Shown here piece after piece: positions 41,727 through 54,977 of a DNA stretch of 64,000 bases (its first letter is position 1; each line of letters begins with the position of its first letter). Source of the stretch: Moniliella sp. 'wahieum' (taxonomy: Eukaryota); the NCBI GenBank assembly GCA_003971905.1, contig RSEE01000001.1, positions 1,488,001 through 1,552,000 of the forward strand, given 5' to 3'. The position numbers and the translations under genes are program-made. The notes under the pieces are model-generated. The model did not search any database and was not told the origin of the DNA. It saw only the letters and a program-made list of their open reading frames with translations.

Positions 41727-43331
41727 CTACCGTTTGAGATCGTCCGCCAGATTGTAGCTCACCGCCTGCGACTAAGCACGTACCTACACGTCAGTTGCAC
41801 ACATCGCCAAGGGAGGAGGAGCGCCACATACCCGGTTCCAGTCAACCTTCTGCTTGGTGACAGGCAGCTGCCGACGCAGAGCGCGGAACGTACGTTCCGA
41901 CAACTCGGTCAGCGTTGTCTCCAGTGCCGCATGGTACGCCTGCTCGTCCGCCTTGATCGCACGCACCACCTCGTTGGCTAAGGTTGTGTACGCCTCCCCT
42001 GCCGCCGAGCCAGCCAACACCGCCGCCAATCCACCTGCGTCGGCACGGTGAGCACGGGCGCATGCTCGGCAGACAGTTGGACATTTCCCTCCTCAAGTAA
42101 TGACATGCACTTGTACCGTACCCCGCACCGTTACCGACTTGATCTCCGTCCCCGCCTCCGCGGCCTCCGAGGCACTAGGCAGGGCCAGCACGTAGCTGGA
42201 GCGCCACCGCCCAGCCCAAAAGTTGACCAGGTTGTACCGGTTGCCAACCAAGTGCACGGTAAACGGGGTGCGCCAGAGGGGATGCGAGGTGCAGCTGGCG
42301 AAACGGGCTGCGCTTCGGCTTCGGCTTCCGCTTCGGTTTGAGCTTCCACTTGCTCCTCCGCCTTGCCTTCTCTCCTGGGCTCGGGAGGTCGCCAGGCTGA
42401 CCCCGCTCGATCGCCTCAATCTTGGCCTGTTGCTCAGCGCCTTCAGGGTCCAGGTGAGTCTGTTCCAATTCCTGGCTAGGAAAGTATCCTCTGCTCCTCC
42501 TGCGCCTTCTCCTGTGCTTCCTCTTGCGCCTCCCCTCCTCCTGCTCCTGGAACGACTCTGTTTCCAACTCCGCCTTGGGCGCTGCCAGCGTCGATCCGAC
42601 TCTCCAGCCGCATCAGCGTCCTCTGCCTCCGCGGATTGGGGAACCGGTACATGGCCCTCCTTCTCCGCTTGGACTTCAACTTCCGTTGCCCATCACGCAT
42701 CCGCCGCTGGCTCCGTCGGCAGCTCGGGCTCCGGTTTCTGCTCGGGCTCGACCGCGGCCTGGACAAAGGTGCAGGTGACGCCATCTTGGTAAAAGTGGCT
42801 CGTGTACTGGCTCGCGGCAGTATCGAGGGCCTGGCGTAACTGCTCGTACGCCTCGTTCACTACGATCGGCTGTGGATCTGACAAGCGCTGCAGGACATTC
42901 ACACACGCGCTTGAGTCAGTCCAGGACCTGGCACGTGCTGGGAGGGAGAGGGGGGGGAGGACCCAACGTCCAACGTACCAAGCGGAGAGGGTCAAACGCA
43001 TAGCTGGTCTGGGTGCGCGGGTCGGCAAAGCGTGCCGCCTCCTCCGTGTCGGCATCGGTGGTAGAGGGGGAGAGGATTCCAGCGGGGGAAATGATGAGCG
43101 GATGGGCTGGCGCGGCGCCCGGTTGGTCGGGGGGCTTGACAGTGATAAGTTGCTCGGTGTTGTACTGGCTCAGCACGGGCCAGGCTGCCGCGCGCAGCTG
43201 CTCCGACGCAGCGGGTACCGCGCTGCCCTCGAGCAACAGACGCAGGTCATGGTACACCTTGGCCACTTGCCCAGGCGGCGTCTGGCGCAGCAGCGCCCCA
43301 ACGCCGTCACTGACGAATCCAGGCTCTCCAT
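41727..43331 (-). CDS. CAP1: F-actin capping protein alpha subunit
   Basis: LRQTPPGQVAKVYHDLR, YNTEQL, GNRYNLVNFWAGRWRS, TFRALRRQLPVTKQKVDWNR-intron-AVSYNLADDLKR*. Confidence 0.93.
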
Positions 43332-44199
43332 CGGCACAGGCAGGCAGGGGGAGGCGGTGGTGGGGCGGCAGCAAGCTCCAGCGGCTCAGCTCGCCCGCGC
43401 AACGGTCCGTGCGGGCGGAAAGCACTACGCAGTGTCCCGCCTGTGCACCGGGCTCGGCGGCTAGGGTTGTGACACGTGACATCTGACCGTCGCACCTCCC
43501 ATCTGCCACGGGTGATGCATGATGCATGGCCGATGATCGATGGTCGATCAATTCGATCAATGGTCGAAGATCAACTGGATCCCCTACCCCCTCTCCTCCT
43601 TCGACCCGCCCTCCTCGTCTTCTAGGCCAGGCTGGCGGCGGCTAGTGGACGAGGAGGACAGGTGTAGTAGTTTACTTCTCTCCGTTTTTCTCTTGTACTT
43701 CGGGCGTCAGCCCATGTCTGGGTCAAATCCGGTACGTTCGTGATCATGATCTCTAGTTGGCTGTGCCATCGCACATCTCGCTTGCTCCGAAGGGTTCTCC
43801 AGTGGTCATGACCATAGCATCATCTTTCTCTCTTCTTCTGCCGCAGTAGTGGCAGCCGAAGCGAATCCCACCCTACCTGTTCTCTGCGTGTAGGTTACTT
43901 ACTACACGGCAATCCGATTTGGTGACCTCGCCGTCCTCATCGACCATCCTCCGTGTGAGCGAGAACTTACTGTGGCCCAGGCCGGGCCAGATACCCCGAT
44001 CCTACAACCCCCAAACAACCTTCTCTTACCCACCCCTAGTAGGCCAGGGAGTTATAAGATGAGCAAGAAGGAAGAAAGAAAGAAAGGGAAGCACAATACA
44101 TCACTGTGGCCAACTATTGTGTATTGTGTCGACTAGCGATTGGATCTCACCAAAGCCCAGGAGCTAAACAGAGGCAGAGACGTTACTGTTTTGCGCCAT

Positions 44200-44959
44200 G
44201 GGTCTCTCACACACTAGCCACACTCATGGCTAGTGTCTTCCTGAGTAGCAGAGCAGAAAATAAGAGCGATAGGGAAGTACTGAATCGAGTGAAGTGCGAC
44301 AAGCGTGGTGGTCGCGACACACACACTGAACACGGAGTAAAGGAGGAAAGGGAGGCCGGGAGAGGAGGCCTGGAGAGGAGGCCGGGAGCCGTCTGGACTG
44401 CCTTAGGCAATGACCCCGCACTGAGGCCCCTGGGTCAGCCCCACCAACCTATCTGTGTACCCATCACACTTTATCAGAGGATAGGACGAGACGCGACGGA
44501 GGGCACAGCGCACCAACTACCGCGTGATGGGGCCTGAGCAATCGGATGATCAGAATGGAGGTGGACCACACGCTGCGCGACACGGGAACGCAGGAGGCGC
44601 AGAGTGCGTACCGGAGGGTGGTGCATTAGAGCACCCCGACGCCTCTGGAATGCCGGGGGAAGGAGCTGCTTCGGCTGCTGGAACAAGCAGAATGCGACAA
44701 GAACGCCAAGGACCAAGGACGCACTCAAGAGCCGTTTTCCCCCTGGTTTTGACGACGCGAGGATACTACGGCACCAAGATAGCGGGCAAGAGATGTTTGC
44801 ACGCTGGAAGGATTTGGCTACTGACTCTCCATGGAAATGGTTCCTCGCTCGGATGTCAACCACACATTCATCCGTGTCCACACGCATTACCTCGGGTATG
44901 GGGACGGATGGCGGGCACCAGAGGGTCCTGATCTCCTGGCGATTCCCCTGGTTCCTTAA
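44200..44959 (+). CDS. Orphan family copy B (hypothetical; 5' end undefined)
   Basis: MEVDHTLRDTGTQEAQSAY, PLECRGKELLRLLEQAECDK, RWKDL, MSTT..PEGPDLLAIPLVP*; clearly alignable in DNA to 57548-57900 (-). Confidence 0.6.
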
Positions 44960-45575
44960 CGGAGGGGTGGCGCTACTAAGCAAACACGCAAGGTGAACGG
45001 GTCGGTTTTGGCGTAGCGCTTTCCTGTCCCATCCTTAAGCTCTGTCAATGATATGGATGAAGAGAAGAGAGGCGTAGCGTTTCCCTATCCCAGACTTAAG
45101 CTCTTTTTCAATGATATGGATGCAGAAGAGAGATTCAGAGAGGTCAAGTGTACAACTGACCATATACAGCTGTTGGTCCCACAAGGCAATAACCAGGTCA
45201 GGGACATTGGGCAACGCGGATCCCTCCTCCTGCTCTCCCAGTGGGAGAGGGGGATCCGTCTCTTCCTTTCAGAAACAAACGTTCGGGCAAGTGAAACTGC
45301 GGGCGAGAGAGGCAGGCGGACAGCTGGAGAGGGGGAGCTTCTCCTTCCTTCAGAAACAACGTTCGGGCGAGTGAAACTGCGGGAGCGAGAGAGGTGAAGG
45401 CAAAGGCGAAGGCGATGACGATGGCGAAGACGAAGGTGAAGGGAAGACGATGGCGAAGACGAAGACGAAGACGAAGACGAAGACAAAGAGACGAAGAAGG
45501 TAATCAAGCCGGGAGCAGAATAGGCGAGAGAGGCGGTTGGGGGAAACGAACCGTCAAGTCGAAGCTAGAATGGTG

Positions 45576-46607
45576 TTAGTCTAATCCCAGGACGAGTCTC
45601 CCACCGCCTCGTCCGATTTGGAGAGCGAGTATAGCTGTTCGTCGGCGACCTTGACCTCCTCCGTTTTCACTACTCACCTCTTCCGGCTGAGGGGGAGGCA
45701 TGAGGTTGTAGCGGTGACGCGCGTCCCAGAAGTCGGCCACGTGGCTAAAGTAATAGACAAGGACAAATCCCAATGTCCATTCGATGCCCGCTGCGGTATC
45801 GGTGACCGTGACACAGTTGGAGTGCTTAGGCGAGGTGGTCTTGCCGTCGCAGTAGTGGTAGAGCGCGGCAAAGGTGATGGCCAACTGATGGCAACGGCCA
45901 ACATACTTGCTTTGACTGTGCCAATAATAAACAGCGTATGGAACACTTTTTGGTCGGTTCCACGGTGCGATTTGGCCAAGGTGTAGATCTCGCAAAATTG
46001 GAAAAAGACACCAAGAAGGATGCCCACGAGGAAGACCACGGTCATGGTCCAATCTGTTGAGCACAGTAGAGGCACGCGAAAAGAAAATTAGCACGGGCAC
46101 ACACAACACAGGAGCACGACAGCCAGGTGGGAGGGGTCCGACGGGGACGTTTCCTTAGGACCCCCATCCGCTAAAAGGAAGCAAGAGTACCCAGGGGAAC
46201 AAGAAAGAAAGAAAGGAAACGTACGTGGAGTACTGTACTGGAAGCGTTAAAGATGGACAGGAACATGAGAGCGAGGCAGCCAATCCACGTGCAAAACACA
46301 CAAGCCCAGTCAAAGTAGGTGGAAATGGGCCGGATGGAACCAGGGATGCGGCGACGGTGGCGCAACCATCGTTCGGTGAGAATGGTAGCCATGTAGAGGG
46401 CAGCGGGGTGATGCACAAACCCTCAAATGCATGGTGGTGGGCGGCGCCGACATCAGAGAGGAAGACAGGAATGGGCTCATCGTCCTTGTATCTTCGGTGG
46501 CCATCGTGGGCCCAGAGACCCAGCATGGTCACCAGGGTGGCGAACCACACCAAGGCGGTGAGGACAGGCAGCACCCAGTAATAGCCGTGGACCGGTACGT
46601 GTTTCAT
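45576..46607 (-). CDS. SFK1: Sfk1/Frag1/DRAM-family membrane protein
   Basis: VWFATLVTMLGLW..PVFLSDVGA, TERWLRHRRRIPG, LMFLSIF, AAGIEWTLGF; intron about 46090-46225. Confidence 0.85.
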
Positions 46608-49092
46608 GGAGGTGAGGGCAAATGTAGCGACGTGTGGAGTAGGAAGGTCAAAGGGGGGTGGCGAGGGGGTTTAAGAGTAAAGCAGAGGACGTCCGCAAGG
46701 ACTTGCCACGCAGAGGAAATGACAAAAACACGGCTGATTGGGCGGACATATGGGTCAGTAGTGACCAGTCTCTCGCTCGGGCTAGACAGGTTAGCTCGAG
46801 ACCCTGCAGCCCGAAACCCTGTGGCCCGTGATCGTGACCCTGTGGCCCGTTATCCTGCGGCCTGAAGGGCCTGAGGGGCCCCGCACCACAAGCTGGGTCG
46901 ACGTTCCGTGGGTATGGCCGTCGGCCATGTAAGATGACGGAAATCGCTGCCGAAACCACGGCGTCTCGGCACTGTTGGAAGTTAACGTTGAGCCGCGGGA
47001 TTGATATATGGCGGTTTGTGCCCAGCCAACCAGATATCGCACCCATCAGGCGCCCAGTGGTGCGTCCCGAATACTGAGCAAGCCGCGAGTGATGAGTCGA
47101 TGAAAAGCGAGCGGGGAGCGCTGAGCGTCAGCAACTAGTACCATTGGTGAGAAGCGAGCGCCAAGTCGCTCAGCGGCTCCGCGGCGCGCTGTGTTCGCTG
47201 GTGCTTGCTTGCGTGAGGCCAGGGCAGGCAGACTGCTGCTCACACGCACGGGGGCCCAGAACAATGTGAATGGCATGTCCGTGCCAGCCATGGTTTGGCG
47301 TGTCGATTAGTGTATTCACTATTGGAAGGAGGCTGGCTGTGGCTGGGCAGGTGGGCGGCAGGCGGCAGGCAAGGCGGACATGCCATATGAATATGACATG
47401 TGACATGTGATATACGTGACACTGGCTGCGACATCACATGTCCCATGTGATCGACGTGATCGATCATGATCGGCGTGACGCGTGATCGTGATCCCAGCCA
47501 TCATGCAGCACACCGCACCAGCCGACTCTCCCGCACATGGCCGCGGCGATGCGGCGAGACCTGCGGGCGTCCTAGAAAGACCCTACGGGACAAGCCCACC
47601 GGATCCGCTCTACCCGCAATTCCCCGAAAAGGAACCCCCGGAAAAACGCGCGTGAATCCCGAGCACCAGAGAAGCTCGCGTTGTCAGAGAGGCGTAGTGC
47701 TGCCCTCCAGGGTGGGGGAGATAGAGATGCCAGATGCCAGATGCTCCACGCACGCGTTCTGCTGTTCCGTTCAACTGTTCCATCTGTTCTGTCCATCTGT
47801 TACACTATTCCATCTGTTACATCTATTCCATTTCTTTGTAGAAGACCAGAGAGCATTGCGGGCACAGTTGACATGATGGTGTATTTGGCATTGCACATGA
47901 GCTACAGAGGCTATATCCAGAGAATATTCCTGCCCTCCAGGAAGGAATATTGGAAGGAATGCACGGAACGGGGGACCACGTTTGGGGTACCGGTACCACT
48001 ACACCCCACGGCGCACCCCCCCAATGTGTAGCATCTCTAGCATCTTTAGCATCTCTAGCATCTCTAGCGCATTATCTTCACCATCTCTTAAGAGTGTATT
48101 GCGAAATGGCATGTGGAACCACTCAGTTGGCATGGTTGTACCAGCCAAGTCGCTGGTAACCGGTAAGCGCTAGCGCTAAGCGCCAAAAGTCCAATAAGCG
48201 CTAAGCGCTAAGTCAAGAGCCGCGTTCTGCGACCCGAGCCTACCGAATCCAGCCAGACAGCGGGCGCCTCTCCCCCCTTCTCCTTTTCTCTCCTCTGGCA
48301 CGTAAGATTGGATTATTAGCGCTTAGCCGGCCTGACATCAGAACTTATATAAAAGCTTCTCTCACTTTGCTCATTCTCTTGTACACATTTTGAGTGCACA
48401 GGTCTCCAGCCCCATTTTGGAAGCTCGTAGCTATACGGGGGGTTAAACCTTAAACGTCTTAAACGCTAAACCTTAACGTTCTCGACGATCCCGACCGCTC
48501 TCAGTGACCCGGTGACGGCCTCCTCGCCCTCACCGGTCACCTTCGATCGCACCCCTCGCCCATGGCCTCATTCTTACACACACCACCGACCAGGATGCAT
48601 GGGAGCTTATGCGCTTATGGAGGTCAAGCTTCAAGGGGTGCATCGAGCATCCGATCTGATCTCAGAACTCTCCAGCATCCACCATCCATCCGTCCATCCG
48701 TCATCATGCATCATGCATCATCAACGCAACGTCGACCGTCCAATTCAGAATCAACAAAGGTTAGGCGGGGATATCTAAGGGGTAAGAATCGGTACTCGGA
48801 TCCGAACGCCAAAAGGCAGAGCAATGCGTATCATGTGTCACTATTACCGCGCGTGTGGGCAGCCGGGGTGCCGTCTCGGCCAAACCCGCTCTTGGCTCTT
48901 ATCGATTATCGGTCTTATCTTACCCATCACAATCCACTCTTGCAACGAAGCGCACGAGGCCCAAACCGGGTCCAGCATGATTGTGTAAGCCACGTTTGGA
49001 GTGCGCCTGGGGGAGACCAAGGTCAGTATCAGTACTCAGTACTCAGTACAGGGCAGAGGGCAGACTTGGCAGCAATAACCAATAACTAGTCC

Positions 49093-49865
49093 CTAGTCAG
49101 CACTCAACAACAGAGCAGCAGAACGTACGTCGTCGCGTCTCGAGATACGTAGCCGCATACTTGTGCAGCGGTGTTTGGGGGGCAAGGCGGGCAAACGCGG
49201 ACGTGCCGATCGAGTGGTAGTCTGCCCCGCCGCATCCGGACGTTCCGTCGCTAACGCTTGGCGCAGCCGAACAAACGACGAGTACCGCTTTACCAACTCA
49301 ATTTTCGACCCCGTCTTGAGCACAATCACAACATGATACACCACGAACCCGCCCACCCGCCCACCTACTTCGGACCAGCCCCGGATGCGCACCTCGTGGG
49401 TAAATATGCGCCCCGAGGCGGCGGACGGCGCCGGCGGAGCGGGCGCACGCGCACCAAATAGGTTGGTACCCACCCCGGCAAACCACGTGGCCCATTTGGC
49501 TGGCCGCCGACGGGGCTCGGCAAACGGACCCTCAGATGCAACTGTCACCACCGATACCGGAAGCGAGACGAGGGAGGAGGCAGCCGATGAGGCAGAGCTA
49601 CGACGAGAATGAGGTTCGAGGCGATCGTGGGGTTGCGAGTCGGGTTGCGAGTCAGGTTGTGGTGGGTTGACAGCGGCCACCAACCTAGACGAAGAAGATG
49701 GTTCCACTCCGACGCCCACGCCCATACCTGACGAAGACATCCCGTCGGACAAAAGGGGCACAGGCGTAGTGCTCCTCGACCGGCCCAGTGGGGTGTGGTA
49801 GGCGCCGAACGCGAATCACGCTCGCCACGCTCCGGGTTGGGCAGTAAAAGTAAGGTATCCGACAT
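49093..49865 (-). CDS. YPT35: PX-domain protein
   Basis: IFTHEVRIRGWSEVG..FVVYHVVI..KRYSSFVRLRQAL..LPALPPK; ends uncertain. Confidence 0.8.
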
Positions 49866-49899
49866 GGTACGGGGGGCTGAGAACCATCCGTGTTCGCAG

Positions 49900-51015
49900 A
49901 GCTGCCGCAGGTATCGGATGGGACTGCAAGCAGAACGGCATCTTGGACTTGGCTCTCTGTTTCGTTCTTTGTGGGACTAGAAGATTGCCGCGCGCCGTCG
50001 GGTTGCTCAAGTCCAGGCTGCCCCGTCGACCGGGGATGGCATGGGGAAAAGTGTGGGTGAAAAAGGCGGGGGTATACGCATGCTGAGCTTGAGAGGTGGG
50101 GTTCGCGAGCCTGGTGTCTCTTCCAACAGTTTCCACGCAGACGACTTGTCGCTCGATAGCGGCGAGGGCAGCCGGGTGAAAGCGGGACTCAGACCGTGGT
50201 GGGACTGAGGTGAGGTTAGGACGGGATCGATAGGGCGCCAGGTCCAGTGTGCCCACCACTGCCCCTCCACCACTTTTTCACCCCCGAGTTGAGCCAGATG
50301 CCCTTAAAGGCGTCGTCCAAGAGGGGGGACTTGGTGCGACCGATGGGGGTTCGGCTGCCAGGCCGATCGGGTCCAGGGGCGGAGGGTACGTGGCCATACG
50401 GGATACGTGAGGTGTGTCCCCGTTCTTCATCTGCCGCGGGGACCGCGGGCTCTGCTGCAGAGATAGTAGACTTGGGTGGCTTGGCGAGCCGGGAGAAGGC
50501 GCACGCGGCAGGCGTGGACTCGGGGTGCGGGGCACGCCGAGTGCGGTGGAAGCATACAGTCGCTCGTCGGGCATCGTCTCAGCGCGATGAGGGGGTGCAA
50601 CCTGAGGGGTTGACGTGCGGGATGGAGGAGCATCGGGACCATCATTGGGCAGGCGCACGAGCCGGGAAGAGGCAGGATAGGTAGGAGACGCAGAGGACAG
50701 GGGGCTAGCGAGATTGAGAGGTGAGGGCGGTGGCAAAGATGTCGGGAGTGCGCGATGGGCGGGAGCCGGACGCCCTCCCAGCAAGGAGAGCGGCGCGGAC
50801 TGAGGCGCGTATGGATTGCTGGCGCTTTTCAGCAGACGCAGTGCATCGGCGTCGCCGGTGCGCGTGTCGAGGCCGAGTTGGGCCAGGGCGGTGGGGAGGC
50901 CAGGAGGACTGAGGGCAAGAAGAGGGGTTGCTGTTGGGCCCGGCCGAGGGAGGGGGTGGGGAAGGAGCTCCGCGGCGGCAGCTTGGAGCTGGGCGCCCAG
51001 CAGCGCATCGTCCAT
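49900..51015 (-). CDS. Hypothetical protein
   Basis: MDDALLGAQLQAAAAELL.. with contiguous minus-strand ORF fragments, divergent from CUB1; family not recognised. Confidence 0.45.
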
Positions 51016-51464
51016 CGTGGCGACGGCCCGAGGTGGTGGTGGGGGGAGGGCGTCGGGGTGGCGCATGCGCGGGATGGATGATGCGGGATGCATGATGCAT
51101 GCTGGCGCAAGGGCAGGGCAGCCCAAGCGCACCTGAAAGTGAAAGTTGAAAGCGGGGATCAGCGCTGGGCGTGGGGATGGGTGATGGGTGGGATGCGTGC
51201 TGGAGGGGTGCACGCGCCAGTGTGCCTGCGGTGCATTATGCCCGCCGCCCGCACCGCGGCCCGGCGTGGGCCGGGGCCAGCGCTACACTGCGCAGTGCCT
51301 GCCCCACCCGCGCCCCGAACCCCCCGGCGGGCATTGCGATTCTCGCGGCGGCTGCTGGCAATCCCTGGCATGGCCTCGAGGCACGATGAATCATCACCGG
51401 CATCACCACACTCCTACCACCACCACACCACCCACCACCACCACCACCGCCTCTCCACCGGCTC

Positions 51465-53652
51465 ATGCCCGTCGCCTCTGCCATCCCCGCTGCTGAGCTC
51501 CCCATCCTCGAGGCCCTCGTCCACATCCGCAACCGTCTCACAGCCCTCAAGAAGGACTCGGCGAGTACATTCGTGCCCACGATGTGCTCGACATCTACAA
51601 GGCCGTGATTAAGCAGGTCACCCGCCTCAACGCCGTGCGCGACGAGGCGGCCGCCGACACTGCCTCTTCTCCCGACGGCGATACTGCTCCCGACTGCATG
51701 CCCTCTTCTGTGGCAGATACCGTGGCCGCTGCGACCGACAGCCCTGCCCCTCGGCCTTGCAGGAAAGCCACACCTACCCAGACGTCCCTGCGCTCAACCG
51801 GGTAGACACGACCCTGAACGATGTCTTTTCCCTTCTCTCCCTTTTCTTCCTCACAATTGGTAGGAACCGGGAGACACCCTCCGCCTTCTGCCAGCTGAGT
51901 TGCATGAAACAGCTGCTGGATCATTTGAGCGAGGGCGGGGTCTACACTGAAGCGGATCTGGAACCGTTTGCGTCGCGGTTGGCGCAACTGCGTGCGATGA
52001 TTCGCAAAGATGCTGACCTGGGCAAACACCCGCCTGCACTGACCAAGCTCATGATGCGCAAGTTGGAAAATTGCGATCGGGTTCTGAAGAACTTGCAGAG
52101 CACCCTCAAGGTCTTGTCGGTCGAACTGGTCCCCATCCACAAACGCCTGATTGCTGTCCGGAGGCAGATCATCGCAGCTGCAGCCAAGCCCAAGATCCCG
52201 CGGGCCGAGATCAAACAGTTGCAAGAAGAGCTGCGTCGGATCGATGGCAAGCGCGTCGATGGCAAGTTCTTAGGTCCGGGTGGATCCAGTGTCCCGGCCG
52301 GCCAAGCGATCCTGGTAGGCATCTTGGAGGAATGTTTTGAGATTTGCCACGAAATTAATGTGCGCAACGACGAGGTGCCCATGACCCTGCAGCCCATCTA
52401 TGACCGCTTGGTGGGGATCAAGAAGGAGTTGGAGCACCTTGTGCTCACCCATCGTTGGACCCTTCGAGAAACGGATCTGTGGAATTACCAAGTGACGCTC
52501 AAGGAGATTGATCGGCTGCGGGTGAATGGCAAGTTTGTCGATGCCGAGGGCAAGCAACCTGAGGGCCAACCTGTTCTTTTGTATCTACTGCGTCGCTGCT
52601 ACGGTCTGATCTACCGCCTCGTGGCATCGAGTGAGCCGATTGGCGAAGAGTTGATGCCGGTGAGCAACAAATTGTCAACAATTTCCAAGTGTCTCAAGGA
52701 GGTGTCCAAGTACGGCGGGCCGTACACGATGCGCGACCTGTATCCCTACCGCCTTGCCCTCCACCAGATTGACGCGATGCGAACCGAGATCAAAGACAAG
52801 GACGGCAAGGACACGGGTGTGCGCAAATGGCTTGCGGCCGATGGAAGCGTTCCAGAGGGACAAGCCATTCTGCGGGCGCAGTTCGAGGAAGTGATGCAGA
52901 CGATCGATGAGATGCTGAACGAGGGCTCGGACAATGACGACGACGACGATGACGACGACGATGATGATGACGAAGGGGAGGAAGACGACAACGAGTACAA
53001 CGAAGAAAGGGATAGGGAAGGGGAGGAGGAAGGGGCAAGTGCCCCGAGTGAGGGTGGCGCTAGCGCCGGCTGGTCAGGCTGGTCGACAGGAGTGGACCTG
53101 AGTTACCAACGCCCTTCCGAGGACAACTCTGAGCTCTTGTCCCGTTCTGTCTCCCGGGCTTCCACTGCGAGTCATGCTGCTGCCAGCGCATCGGCTTCGA
53201 CCAGCAGCTTGTCCGCTACCAGTCCTGCGGGTGTCACGGGGGGGTACCCAGACCTGGTGCCGGCGTCACCAGGCCTGCACGCACTTCGCACAGGGTTGGA
53301 CAACCTCAGCTTAGGCCAGCTCAGTGCGCTAGTGAACCCGGTGAGTTATGGGCCGTTTAGTCCTGCACCTGCCCAGCCTTCTGCCCCGTCCCCAGCACGC
53401 CCACCTCCGTTTGCCCCTGAACCGCTGGCGACCCCGCGAGCCATTGACGACTCGATCCGTCAGGCTTTTCGTTGCCTCCGCGAGACCCACCTATCCGGCT
53501 CGACTCGGACTCATCTACCGCCACCGCTCGCCCATCTCAAGTGCCCGACGCCCGCGTGTCTGTGTCTTCCCGCACTCGTCCGGCCCCTTCCCTGTTACAA
53601 ACTGCTTCCTCCCCTTCTTCCCGCTCCTCCTCGCCCGCCGTGCCACGCATGA
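51465..53652 (+). CDS. CUB1: UPF0662/DUF2408 protein (YPL260W-like)
   Basis: ELPILEALVHIRNRLTALKKD, NRVDTTLNDVFSLLSLFFLTIG, HRWTLRETDLWNYQ, YLLRRCYGLIY, RDLYPYRLAL; acidic/Ser tail, end approximate. Confidence 0.9.
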
Positions 53653-54296
53653 CGAGTACAATTCCCTCCTCCTCCAACGTAGATGCCTCTCGTCCTTCAT
53701 CGACGGGGGCTTCGATGCCCCCCTCCCAGCTTCCACCTGTCTTGACGCGGAGTGCACCTTTGCCCTCGGTGTCGCCCGGCGGCAGCGCCCCCTTCGCGTT
53801 AACGAGGTGGAAAGTTCAAAGTTCCCTTGTTGCATTGCCTCTCCACGTCCACCTAAATACGCCTACGTAGATCATCGTAGTCTCTGGTGCGGCTTCGGGC
53901 TGGACAGAGCTAACAGAGGCAGAGTCAGGAGACGTTTCGATGTATCAAGCAATGCACACAGGCGGGATGAGATTTTCTAACCCGGTGCGACTGTTCGAGT
54001 GTCGAAAGATTAGACCAGCTAACAAGAGGACATACTATGTATCTGGCCTGCACCTACGTTCAAATTTGCATACGGAGCATGCCATGAAGTAGAACAAGAA
54101 CCGGTCCTCCGCTCGTGTGCCCCCTTCATCGCACACATACATGTCGAAGGGAGAGTGAGGAAACGCAGCACTGAGGACAACAGTGCGAACACGTCTCGAT
54201 CGGATTATAGAATTCTGCATGTGCCGCTGTGCCCCGCGCGATTACTACCGTACGGAAGGTGGTAACCTGTGCGCAACGAGACGAACCAGGCAAGCA

Positions 54297-54356
54297 GGGT
54301 ATGGAGTATCCATACCCAGTATCCATACCCAGTATCCATACCCAGTATCCATACCC
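54297..54356. repeat. 13-bp tandem (AGTATCCATACCC)x4 preceded by an inverted partial copy
   Basis: Four exact units 54305-54356; GGGTATGGA at 54297 is the reverse complement of TCCATACCC. Confidence 0.95.
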
Positions 54357-54838
54357 CTCTTGCTGGCCCAGGACGTATGGAAGAGGGGGGGAACAAGCGA
54401 CAGGTGTGTCAGTGGTAGCATGAGGCAGACCGCTGCTGTTTTCTACACGTAAATCACGTCACCCTCAAGCGCATTGGACGGAGGCGCGGCGAAATCGAAT
54501 TCAATTGCAATACTGGCACACCACGTCTCCGCAACATGTGTTGCTCTCCTTTCCTTTGCACTATTCCCTTCCTCTCACCGATCATCGCCCTCGACTGACC
54601 ATTGCGCCCCCCTTGCCCAGCATGACCGAGTAGGAGACTTGACGAAACAGTTTTTGTTTCATCAGGACCGCCACCGCGCCATTCCTACGGTCCAGGCCTC
54701 TGTGGCGCCAACCTCTTCAGAAAGGAACCAAAAGCCGAGACGACGCGGCCGGAACCCCCTGTTGTGCAACTTTCAAAACAGAATGGGGCTCGGCCGTGAC
54801 GCGTGACGCGTGAGGCTCGCTGGGGTCCGGAACCAACC

Positions 54839-54902
54839 AACCCTAGTTATGCGTGAAAATAAACGGAGCAATAAATTGCCGCAGTTCACGTTGTTTAGGG
54901 TT
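54839..54902. promoter_or_regulatory. Inverted pair of telobox/Tbf1-like motifs upstream of RPL8
   Basis: AACCCTAG (54839) and TTAGGGTT (54895), 76-140 nt before the ATG. Confidence 0.5.
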
Positions 54903-54977
54903 ACGCAAGTGTTTCCTTGCTCTTTGTCTGCTTTGCCCCTACTCTTGTTCTTGTCCCCGACCCTGCTAGCAACAACA

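Noticed and set aside
41747..41760. 13-bp match to the LTR end (gagctacaatctg)
   Set aside because: Lies in the last CAP1 exon (VSYNL); probably chance
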